From Hormiphora californensis (taxonomy: Eukaryota > Animalia > Ctenophora), in assembly GCA_020137815.1 (NCBI GenBank), contig CM035357.1, forward strand, positions 1,240,001-1,304,000: a stretch of 64,000 bases of DNA, in the 5' to 3' direction. The translations under genes and the position numbers were made by a program. Positions within the stretch are counted from its first letter, which is position 1; every line of letters starts with the position of its first letter. Below the pieces are notes generated by a model. The model was not told the origin of the DNA, did no database searches, and saw only the letters and a list, made by a program, of their open reading frames with translations. Positions 52,073 through 64,000 of this stretch are shown one piece after another.

Positions 52073-55000
52073 TTACTGATTAAGCTGGCAGAGCAGTGCA
52101 GTACCCTTTCCTATCCAATGCTCTCTTGACATGTCCGTAGGTAGGAAACACTTGATTACAAAGTTTGTGGAATGTCCCGTTGTTGACAAAGTACCGGCCC
52201 TTTCGCCAGTCTTGTAAAGAGGACAATCGTATTGACCCTCGCTCTCCTCCACATAGTCAGGATCAGGGAGGAGATGCATTATTGGCATGGGTGGGTTCAT
52301 AACACCAAACCTGGCATCTCCCAACAAGTTCTTCTCATCATCCCAAGATGCAGAGTCAAGGTATAGACCGTGAATCAGGACTCCATCCTCAGGCATTTCA
52401 TATGCTGAATCATCAAACGCTTGGTCAGCCTGTTCGGCAGCAGCAACATCGGCTTGTTCTCGGTAGTGTGGTCCAGGCAGAACGTTGAATCGGAACTTCA
52501 GAGCATCAATAGGGACATCATATTTCCGGGCAAAGTTCTGGAGAGCACCGGTGATGAAACCTTGGGGGAAGAAGAATCCTGACATCCAGTATGATTTAGG
52601 TTGCCCGTAGTCCATCCACCTAATAATGAACTGAAGTCTGAGCTCCAAATCCTTTACCCACGATCCAAGAGGTTTGAGGGAGGGGTATGCTGCGTTAGCC
52701 CACTCATCTGGCACCTGGTTGCCCAACATAGAATTGAAAATGGCTTCCAGTGACTCGGACATTACCGCCAGACCCTTGATGGCCTTCTTGATGTTCAGAA
52801 GAGTGGAAATGATGACACTTAGGAGTTTGTTGAATCTAGACACTTCCTGGGAAAGTACCGTGGAGAGGGAGTTAATTCGACCCTTCTCATCTGGTTCAAA
52901 CATTTCCGCCAATGCTGTGTCAATATCCAGTTTCTCGGGGAGTTTAGATAACATAAGGTCAGCCAATTCAAACACAATTTCATCACTACTCTTACCACCA
53001 CTCACTGAAACTAACCGGGGTTGAACTTCCAGGATGGTGTTCACCATGAACATAGACTCTTTCTTTTGGAAGGAAATATTTGCATTTTGATACATGTCAA
53101 AGATCTCAGGAGGATCAATGATCGGAAGTTCCTCGATATAGTCCTTGTAGTTCTCAAGCGAGATTGTCTCCAAGGGATGATACAAATCGGAACTGCAGTA
53201 AAGATACCCGGGCTCAAGGGAGGAAGGTTGGAAGAATCGTTCTAGAACTACCTTTAGGACTCTCTGGTCCCATGCATCAGTCACCCTCCCACCATACGTG
53301 ATCTCAGCTGTGATGAACTGAAGGGCATCCCAAGGTAGCTCTCCATCGGCAGTGAAAAGTTTGAAATTGTCAATAGCGCACTCTCGGTCAGAGTCTGCAA
53401 ACTCGTAAGGGATATTGAAGGCAAGAGGTCCGAACTTCCTTCGTTCCAACACCACTGCGTGGAAGAAACAGATACCAAACACGATCTTGCACCAGTCCGC
53501 TTTGAGGATATGATCTTCAAAGTCTCCCTTCGTTAGCTCCCCAAACGCCCTCCTGAGGTTGGATCGGAGACCCTTGGGAGGCTCACTGGTGACCTTGATA
53601 CCGTTCTGCAGGACAGACACGGGGAAGAATGGTGCCGGCATGGAACTTAGGAAGAGCCTGAAATCATCGTGAATATCTGCATCCGGGATGCTGAAGTTTT
53701 TGATGATCTCTTCCATAGATAACATCCAGGATTTGGCAAGATGACAATTTTGGAGAAATACCCAATCACCGGTCTTGAGGGCAGCGAATATCAACTTTTC
53801 AGCCACGGGTCCCTGGCCCTGACCCAGTGAGATGGAATGGACTCGTTCTTCGTACTCACGTTCTCGAGCAAACCGGAGGAAGGCAGCCATTGGATCTGAC
53901 CCACTTGAGAGCACGAAAATAAGGGGAACTGCCTTGGACATGTCATCATAGAGGGCACCGAGATGCTGGGGTGGATTTTCAACAAACGCCTTTCCGAGAT
54001 TCTCGACCACAAAGGTGTTGAGACACTCACTCAGCGCTTCCGGCTTGAAATACTTGACAAGGGTGAGTTGTTGGAATTTGGTGAGTCGCTTCTGCCAATG
54101 TCCCTTCGGTGCACCAGGCGGTATTTCCTCGGTTGAAAGGTCCTCTGGGGGTTCCGGAACATTCTCAATATACCCATCAAACTTAGCAGGGTTCAACTCC
54201 ATCACATAACTACCCACATTGACCTTTACAGGTGTGAGCCGGATGTCATTAGTGATCCCTGAATACATGGGCATGGCTTCCTCTACATCGACTAGTAGAT
54301 CCCACGTGGCGTCATCCATAAACGTGCACATGACCGGTTTTTTGGGTCGCTCTTTGTCCAAGGGTGGCAGTCCTCGGATGAAGAAGTTCCATTCCTCCAT
54401 AGTGAGAGTCTCCGCTTGTTTCATTATCTCCACACACAACATGAAACTGAAGCAAACCTTGTGCCGTTCGAACAAACCACGACCAATATTGTTGTACATG
54501 GTCAGAGTGATACCGTCCATTAGAATATTTAGTCTCTTCTCCAAGTCTGATGCCTTCTCCGCAGTTTCGATCACTCTCACAAACAGAGATGTGAAATACT
54601 TGAGAGAGTACTGGTACATAGGGTCTATCTCTGAGAGATCCGCTGTCACGAAATAGATGACGGAACCTCGTGTTGCGACAGGCAGATATTTAGCACGTGC
54701 TTTAGAGATCATTTCCTCGGTCTCCTCAGCTTCCTTCAGTCGCTTGTTAATCTCCTTGGACATGACCTTGGAATCGTTTAGAGTCTCTATCAACTCTTCA
54801 TCGTCCAAGATGTTACCCTCCGAGTGGAACAACATTTTCAGGATCTTATCCTCGATATCCTTCAGTTTCTGTTTATCTGCATTGATCTTCATGATCAGAG
54901 CGTTTCTCTGTTCCTCAAGATCAGGCCGCTCTAATCGGACCACATCAGCTAGAAGCTGATCCTCCAAACCTAGTCTGGTGACGGTAAAGTTGATGATTGT

Positions 55001-58000
55001 AACCTTGATGAAAATCTCGGGCATGTAATGGGGGTTGCTCATTTTGGAGGTCATATAAAATCGGAAGTTCTTGTCATAATCCACGTCTGAATCTCCAAGT
55101 CGGATGAGTAGACGGCCAGCCTGGACAAAGGTCTGCTTCAGTAGGATAGGCTCAAGAGCTGGATCAAGGGTCTCTCCTACCTCTTCGATAAGAACTGGTA
55201 ATCCAATTCGAATGGCATTCTCAAGGGTTCGCAGCAAGTTCTTATCGGTCAACTTCACCACTTTGAGCCCGTTCTTCCTCTCTCGACCCACGATCCACCT
55301 GTTCGCCTGATCCTGTGGATCAATCATGAGAGGCCATCGCCTTCCCTTGGTCACCAGCACGGCATTTTCTGTTGACACATTGTCCCTGGGTAGACCCTCC
55401 AAGTTCCATTGTCGAATCTCAAACGGGTCAGCAAGGGTTGAGACAAGAGAGAAGTCCTGGGAGACGGGAATTCCCAATTCCTGGCATCTTTCAACCCACT
55501 CTGTCACAAGCATTTCCCTATACTTGGAAGTAAAGGGACCGTAGTAGGCGACACACGCACTAGCGATAAACACATTACCGGCCACATTGTCAATCTCTCT
55601 CTGGAAGGCCTCAACGGTCTCAGCCCACCGGACCTGTTCATCACCAAGAGCGGTCACAAGTTTACCAGCCCTCTTTAATCGTGCAGCTGTAAGAGCAATG
55701 TTCCTCTGGAGAGTCTCTTTCTCTCTCACGCTCGCCTCGAAGGAGTCCTGTAGCTCTTTAATCTTGTCCTCAACCTCCTTTAGGGATGCTTGCTTCTTCG
55801 CCAACTCTTCTTGGACAACTGCCAGCTCTGCTTGGGCACCCTCCAACTTCTGCCGCTTAGGTTCAACTGTTCTGAAGACGTGGGCATAGGAATCAATAGC
55901 CCGGACCCACAGACAGAGAGACCGACAAGCTTTCGAGGTCTTCTCAACGATCTCCGGTACAAATTTAGGGTTATCAATGTACTTCTTCAAGTTCCTCAGA
56001 ATCTTGTCCGGAATGTTGTCCTTGTCGTAGTTTGTTAGTCGGGACAGGAATGTGGAGTCTCCCAGGAGACTCTTGGCAGAAGCCCAATCTGGTTTTGAGC
56101 CAAGGAGGATACAAACCGCTTCCATAACAACCATCACCATCTCAGGGGGGTTGGCGAACACTCGGACCTCAGCAATGTCTGACTTGTCCAGGGAATCCAA
56201 GGCTTTGTTGGCTGCGTAGAGAAGAGGAAGTGCCTCATCAAGATCTCGCTGAGCATCCTCTGCAATCGCCTCTGTCTCATCTGCTTTCTCTTTCGCAATC
56301 GCTTCCTCCTCGGAAACTACCGCTCGGACTTTGTCCGCCTCAACCTGATCTTTCTCCAACTTCACCATCAGAATGTCCGTGTCCTCGCTCTTCCGTTTGA
56401 GCTCCGGACCGAGGGCAGTAAGTTCAACCTCCATATTGGCTACCAGGATCATTGGTCTCAAGCAACTTCTTCAACCCGTTATCAACACGATCCCGGGCTG
56501 CACACAGCTGCTTCCTTTTATCATTCAACATTGAAAGATACAGGTTGATCAACTCAAGGTAGGATGTGGGAGTGGTATAAACGTGACGACGGAGTTCCGA
56601 GAAGAACCTATCTGACATGTTAGATACGGATGTATGGATCACCTCGCAGAATACTGACAGAGCACTCTTTACCTCGTCACTTACACCGATATCAACATCG
56701 GCAAAGAATGTGTTGGATACAGAGAGGAGGGCCTCTTTAGGCCATTGGGTAAACCAATCGATCGTACAGCAATTTCACAATGGAGGGGAACATCCTGCAC
56801 CGAGTACGGAAGGAATCTCCCACAGGGACTCATACATAACACAATATGAAGGTTGTCTCGGACACGGGATATGAAGTGATCGTAGATCCCATCTCGATCT
56901 GATTCCAGGACTCCCTGCTTCCTTTGCTTTAGGGCCGAACAGCATTGATGATCGCCTCAAACTCCTCAGGAGGGAAGAGATTTGAGATCTCGCCACTGTT
57001 TAGGAATGTTGTTAATATCTTCCAAGGAACTCCTCAACAACAATCTGTGTGTCAGTAAACAGGAATACAGTATTGTTTCCCTCAACTCCCGCACTATGGT
57101 ACAACCCCTTCAGATCTTCATGGAAGGAATCGTAGTTGTATCCTCGAGTTAGCTCAATCTGGATACATTTGTAGCCGGACATGTGACACGCTAGTCTGGT
57201 TAGAGACTGCTTACCACACCCACCAACACCCACTAGGAGGGCATTACCCCTGGGCTGTCGGACCATCCGGGCAATCCTACTGATGTGCTGAATCGCATCG
57301 AGGAAGAATACCAACTTCATTTCCTTGGGACAACTCATGTTGTAGTCATCAAGATAGTCATTGAGGATCCTCTGAAGTTTGTCCATATCTTTGATATCCT
57401 CATACAATCGATCTTTTGCTTCTGCCCCAACCTTCATGAAGTCACCAAATATAATTGGTTTCTTTTCAAACGTCTCAGCAGCGTAATCCTGGTTGAAATG
57501 CTTGCTGGACATCTGTGACAGAATGTCACAGAAGAACCGCTTATCGGTGTTATCGATGAGACGATCGTGGAAAACTCGGAGTGACTCGTGACAGAAGAGT
57601 CTAAACATGATTGGAGCCTCACGGATATAACCAACGTCCGCTTGGAGGATACCCTGGACCAATTTACTCAAATCTCGGAGATTAAAGATGTAGTGAGCTT
57701 TAGCGGGGGTGGGGAGAAGATCTGTACTCATCCTAGCGTAGATCTCTACCGCTGCGTTAACGATAGCTCCAGCCATCTCTTTGACAATGGGCGGGAACTC
57801 CTGTAGAAAACCTGGGGGAATGGGAAAGGAAGGTTAGTGGGGTTTGTGAGTCAAGGCATTATTATTGTTTATTATTCTAGCGAATTAGGTTTTAACTTCT
57901 AGTATTTATTGAAGGAGAATTAAATTAGATGATAAAGTTTGTTACTTCCGTAACCCTCGCTTCGCACCGGTATACTTCAACAATTCCCCCGAATTCCCAA

Positions 58001-61000
58001 CATCACATGCCCATCATTATCTCACTATCTCCGTAAATTCAATACAGTCCTCGGGACTGTTATATATTGAATTTACGGACCAAGTACAAACACTATACGC
58101 AGAATTCAAAGAGACGACTCAAAATTAGATCAAACCACCTCAAAACCACAGTCCACATCAACCCACCTTTAGTAATGGAAAGGAAGATGGTTTTGAGGGT
58201 GAAGTCAGCAGCAGAAGGGATGGAGAACATAGAGAAATGCCGGACAAATCGAGGTGTCACAGGGTTTCTACCGCCTCCAGGTGGTGCACAAGCAGCTGCC
58301 AGGATCACGTCCTGAGAAAGGGGGAGTGGTTAGGGGAGGAAGGAGTGGTTAGAGGAGGGAGTGGTTAGGGGAGGGAGGGAGCCGTTAGGAACGTATTTGG
58401 CAGCTTGAGAATATATCATCAACTCGGAGAAATTGCCCGAAATCCAATGAAATGACACCACGGATAAAGTTTTGTGTCTCTCTCTCTCACCTGGACTTCC
58501 TTCCAAAACAGCTTATCCCTATCGTAGAAGCCCCGGAAGTCCTGGAACTGTCTCAGTAACTCGATGGGAGGCTGGGCTCCATATTGCTCCAGTTTGGGCA
58601 TGTTCAGATCATCCACCAGGATCACCACTCTCTTGTCCTTGGGAGCACCTGGAAAGTTTTATTATAGGGGGTTACGTGAATGTTGGTGACGCGGCCACCC
58701 CTACACTAGGGCCGCGTGAAGCGCGGCAAACGAAGCATAATAGGGGATCTCATCACCAAACGTGAATGCAGAGGGGACTATCCGAAAAATTCTAAGAACT
58801 TCAAATTATTCTCGAAAGAAGGTTGAAGGCACCGCATACAAGGAATACGAGTGATGATTCGTTTTGGAAATGTATCGTACCACTACCTACCCAGAATATT
58901 CTTCCGCTTCTTTTCCAATTTATTCTCGATAATTTCCTGAGTTCGGAAGCTATTCGTTTGAGCGGAGAAGTTCATGAATGCGGGAACGTAGTTTTGCTGT
59001 TCTGACAGTTCGTACAGCCTTTGTTTAGCGATCACCGACTGAAAGGGGAAATATATTATGTTGACATCCAGATGATGTCTCAAAACGAAAATACTGGGAA
59101 TTGTTTGTTAGGGATTTTGATTTGATTGGTTGCCAACTGCACTAGCGATGGCCATGAATGAGTAACTGTGATGATTGTGTTCATTGTATCACATACCTTT
59201 CCGACTCCAGTGGATCCGGTGAACAGAATGGGTCGGTTTAGGGCCAATAGTTTGTCCATAAGGTATCCGAACCGGGTCGTATCAATAGTGGGTACCATCA
59301 GATCAAAGTAGGGTATCTGTAAAAAACAGAAATTAGTGGAAAGGTGTAACAAGGACTTGAGAGGGTCGAGCAAGACAGCCCTAGTGACCATGGCCTCAGT
59401 ACCTCACACATTATGGTACCTCACACAACGTGGTACCTCACACAACCACGTACCTCATACAACCACCCCACAACCACGTACCTCATACAACCACGTACCT
59501 CATACAACCACCCTACAACCACGTACCTCAGGATCGTATTTGAACTGGGGTGTTATCTTCTCCCAACTATCCATCATCTTCCTAGACATGTCAATATAAC
59601 AACTGTACACGTCTCCCGTATTGGCTAGCTGTGGGTGAGGGAACTTGGGGGTGAGCGTTAGTAGGTGGAGAGGATAGCGTTTCTCGAGGTTTCTCAGCAA
59701 AAAGACACAAACACAAACAGCGTACGTCCAACTTTTTAGGAGAAAAACATTTTTAAGGTAGGTACCACACACATGTATACTTGTTGAGTAAGGGATGGTG
59801 AAGGACCCCTTAATCAACAGACCGATACAGGATATGAAGCATGCCAAACACACAACAATATCAAACCTTGACATCGGGACACTCGCTGAGGACATCCTTG
59901 ATATGACTATCAAACTTATCATTACAGCTCTCGTCCAAGTTGCCCCCAACACCCCAGGCCAGGCACCACGCAAATATAGTTGCGAGGAAGGAGTGGAGAC
60001 GGAGTGGGTCCGATTGGAGGTCCGGACCACCCGGACCAAAGACGAGAGACTCGAATAGCATGGCCACGGTCTGGGCTTTCGAGACCGATACCTAGAGGAG
60101 AAGGAGGTTACAATTAAAGCTAATCTTCGATGTGATTTCATATGGCCCCGTGGTAAAACTCTTGATTGACCTAATAGACTCTCTTCAATACACCCAATAC
60201 TACCCCCCCCCCCCAACTGCAACAAACCTGGGGCATGGCCTCGATAAGATTCTTCTTCACATATTTGAGGCAAGGATCAATGTACGAGTTGAACAAGTTC
60301 CACACGTAATCCTTTGTTTCCTGTTTCCACTGGAAAGACTCCGAGTCAATCCAAGTTTCAATAATGGGCCTCCACCCCAACTCTGAGGCATCGATAAACA
60401 CCATACCACATCTGGGGAGGGAGAGAATTGTTCAATGAGCGATCCAAGGGAGGGATTACATCCGGATTTGAGAAACTAAATGATCAAAATTCGGCCATGT
60501 AGTTCGAGGTTTGTGGTAATTTGTTTGTACTGGAATTGGCGTGATAGAACGAAGGAAGTCCAGTTAAAAACCGAGTAAGATACCTGGAGACGGTGGCGGG
60601 TGAAGCCACAGCCAGATCTTGAACCTCAAACAACATGTGAATGGTATTGTTTAGTTTGATTCTCTCAGAGTTAGCCAGACACAACATCTTATTGTCATCA
60701 AGGACGGTGTTCATGTTTTCAATCCAAAGGGCATCAACAGGACCATCATTTACAATCCACTTGTGATCCTCTGTGGTGTCCTGAAAATGAGTGAGTGAGA
60801 AGAGGGATACAGACGAGGGATACAGACGAGGGAGAGAGAGGGTATGGGGGAGAAAGAGAGGGAGACTGTGGAAGATGGATAGAGACGAGGGGAGACTGGA
60901 GAGAGAGGGGAGGGTAGGGGTAGAAAGAGAGGGAGATAAGAGACGAGGGGAGACTGGAGAGAGAGAGGAGGGTAAGGGAAGAAAGAGAGGGAGACTGTGG

Positions 61001-64000
61001 AAGAGGGATAGAGACGAGGGGAGACTGGAGAGAGGGTAAGGGAAGAAAGAGAGGGAGACTGTGGAAGAGGGATAGAGACGAGGGGGAAGAGAGATTAGAG
61101 AGAGGGTAGGGGAAGAAAGAGAGGGAGACTGTGGAAGAGACGAGGGGGAAGAGAGACTAGAGAGAGAGAGAGGGTAGGGTGGGGGACAAAAAAGAAGTCA
61201 CTACTTGAGACTACGTTAGCAATCGAATAACTCGAAACTGCATTTCTAGAAGAGTCCCCCAAACTAAAATACAGCCAATTAACACGTGATATCTTTCTCA
61301 GTTTCTCTTTTTCCCGGCCAACTAGTTGCAACTGAGCTGTCACAGACATGGCGTATAAATTTGTTGTTCATATTCTCCTTTTAGGGCACACCAGACTGTG
61401 AAATTTTCCATTTCATGTCCATTTATCCTGGTATATGGCCTCAAAACAACCCATTCCTAGAATCCTTTGAACTAGAAAGGGAACTCAGAAAAGGATTCCT
61501 AGAATCGGAATGATTCAACCCGTGACATAGGACTATTTTTCACGATCACGTGTGAAGGTCCTTTGTAGCACATGATCAAACCTCCCCGGCTCTCTCTCTC
61601 AATAGAGCACAACCACGTGATATATAACTGTCACGTGATCTGAAGGTCACGTGATATGGCACGTGATGGTTTCAATAGTTGTACGTGGTTGTGTGTATTG
61701 GGATTCAGAGAGGAGAATCTAAACATACTTATTTCCGTGGTAGGTAGCACTGCAGCCCCCCCCCCTACACAGCAATCACAATCAAACCAACTAACAGACT
61801 AGGGGGGGGGGGTGTCGAGGGGTCAGTTCAATACCTGTACAGCCTCTCGCACGGCAGTAGCCAGGAGTCCATCCTTCCACTCCATGGTTAGAAGGTTGAA
61901 CTCCCCATACAGCTCTCCCATTGTAACAGCTTTAGGGTTCAGGATCTTAGTTCGGACAGGCCTGTAATCTGCCACCTTCTTTCCGTACCCTGTAAAATAT
62001 CGAATTGTTGTTGGAGAACACGAAGATGAAAAAGTGCAATAAACACTAGGAAAAAATGATACAAACGAGCTGGTACAGAGAATTCTTTAATAATTAATTA
62101 TAACTAATATACCTTCAGCATGAAGCTTGGTAAGGGAATCCTGTAGGATCTGGTAGGCTGATGTTTTACCACCCCCAGTGGGTCCTACCAACATGACACC
62201 GTGTCGTACCTCCATTGTTTCAAACAGCTGGATGACCTAATATGGAAGAGAGATATATATATTGAGATGACTGAGAAGAAATACAATGGTTCGTGGAGCT
62301 ATTGAGATTAGTGAGAAGAAATGTTATGATTTGTGGAGCGGGTTATAGGTTGACCGAGCTTCAAAAATTGGAAATCAGTTCAAAATACGAACCTTTTTGG
62401 TAACACAATCCTTAGGCTGGAGCTTCTTCGCCACTGTACATCCCTCAATAGTGGTCTTGAAAACACCGTAATCATGCTCAGGGATCTCCAGCCCCGGGAA
62501 GAGATCCTGGAGAATGGCCTGGAAGAGGATGGTATCCTCATGCAGGAATTTGGGCAGATTACTGTCTCTCAATGCTCGGAGAAGGACCACATCCTCTCTT
62601 TTATCAGGGTTAGACCGTTTTAGGGAACCCGCCATGACGAGGACAGACTTGACAGCTCTCATTCCGAAATCGTAGTGGTCCTGTTGGGAGAGTTGCTCGG
62701 AGCACAGAGCGTACATCCTTGTCATCTTGTGAGCGAGGGTCAAGGAATCCTCAAAACCTGGAGTGGAGATCAATGATCATCATTGGAGAGTTTGAAACAG
62801 GAGCAAATTGTGTGGAGTGGAGATTATTGGAGAGTTTGAAACAGGAGCAAATTGTGTGGAGTGGAGACTATTGGAGAGTTTGAAACAGCTCGGCAGGAGC
62901 AAATTGTGTTCTGTAATGATCAGTTTTGTACTAAAGAAAACTACTGTACAATATTAAAGTACCTTCGGAGTAAAGAATGACCTCCGCAATCAGCGTATAA
63001 TCGGGGACCATCATTGCAAAAGGTCGGAACAGAGCCTGAAATGAAACATTGAAACCTTCAAAATATTTGCACTGATAAAATTCAGGGAGCTAACAAACGT
63101 TCAAAGATCGCTATTCGCTAAGACCGCAAATTTGTTTTTCTAAACATTTACCTTGAGATTGTCTGGCAGTTCTGTTCGGCCAGCATAACCAGGGTTCATA
63201 GTGATGAACGCTGCACAATTAGGATTCAACTTCAACTCTCGGCCCTCAAACATGAATTTAGGGAGTTTCTGAGCTTTGGCATTCCTGATTGTCAGCAACT
63301 GTTGGGCAATGACAGACAACACCTCGATATCAATTCGATTGAACTCGTCGAAGCAGCACCACGCTCCAGTGGAGGAGAGACCGGAGAAGAATTTACCCAT
63401 CATTTTGTAATCGAGGGATTCGGAACAGTTGAACACCACACACTGTTTTGCCAACGCTTTGGACAGATCCTGAATGTATGAATAACGAATATAATTATAT
63501 TCTTCTCCTCATATTATATTTTACAAATCAATTTAGTCGGAGACCACCAACCTTAGTTGTCTCAGTTTTGCCGGTTCCAGCAGGTCCAGCGGGGGCACCA
63601 CCCAGATCCAATTGAAGGGCTCCCATAAGACAGAGATAACACTTATCAGTAAGGGGTGTGATAACAAGTCTCATTGAGGCACCAAGGTACTCGTAACCGT
63701 AGATATAGTAACTGTTACTCATTCTGTCGCGGAAAAACGTGTTAGTACTCTGTCGTAGAAAAGTTTTAGAAAGTTACAAATTTCGACTTGATCAAGACTT
63801 GATAGAGCAAGATATATTATATATTTTATCAGAAAACTGGTCAATTCTAAACTTACCTACACACAGTTATCAATTCTCAACTTACCTAATGACACAGTTA
63901 TCAATTTCATTATCCCAGTAATAACGGAGCTGCTTCAGCCACTCAAACTCATGAACACTCTGAACTTCCTTTTTAACCAGTTCTGAACAAATATCTCGGA
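52073..64000 (-). CDS. DNAH6: Axonemal inner-arm dynein heavy chain 6; the 5' part lies beyond the window
   Basis: P-loops [30 protein letters not shown]; [22 protein letters not shown]...[30 protein letters not shown] and C-terminal [11 protein letters not shown]...GTALLCQL match DNAH6 as recalled. About six +1 frameshifts in 56450-57025. Confidence 0.88.
59399..59530 (-). repeat. Tandem copies of a DNAH6 splice donor (TGAG|GTAC x7)
   Basis: GTACCTCA on the + strand seven times; real exon boundary at 59527. Confidence 0.85.
60790..61185. repeat. Purine-rich degenerate minisatellite in a DNAH6 intron
   Basis: GGGAAGAAAGAGAGGGAGACTGTGGAAGAGGGATAGAGACGAGGGG units. Confidence 0.85.
62783..62910. 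repeat. 44-bp tandem repeat (~3 copies) in a DNAH6 intron
   Basis: TTGGAGAGTTTGAAACAGGAGCAAATTGTGTGGAGTGGAGATTA at 62783, 62827, 62871. Confidence 0.85.

Overview
Eukaryotic (animal) genomic DNA, probably a cydippid ctenophore (inferred from recalled repeat families; not verified). Left 14.6 kb: an apparently full-length L2-clade LINE on the minus strand (PHD + CCHC ORF1, APE-RT ORF2, A-rich tail, 8-bp TSD candidate). Its ORF2 is split by a very young, intact Ty3/Gypsy LTR retrotransposon (486-bp LTRs, CTTG TSD). Removing the Gypsy element restores an uninterrupted ORF2, which appears to be joined to ORF1 by a -1 ribosomal frameshift at A_AAA_AAC. Host genes: multi-exon KIF21-type kinesin (minus), intronless QTRT1 ending 217 bp upstream of it, a divergent single-exon BTB protein, a two-exon RGG-rich protein missed by the ORF track, an aquaglyceroporin, and the 3' part of axonemal dynein heavy chain DNAH6, whose last 5.7 kb is one exon. 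Introns carry hAT-type MITEs and minisatellites, several of which are tandem copies of the genes' own splice sites (10 copies of one KIF21 acceptor). 38.9-42.1 kb is a nest of MITEs with telomere-like repeats plus LINE fragments. About 42.2-45.7 kb looks like low-accuracy consensus, and clustered +1 insertions in QTRT1 and DNAH6 are probably sequencing errors.
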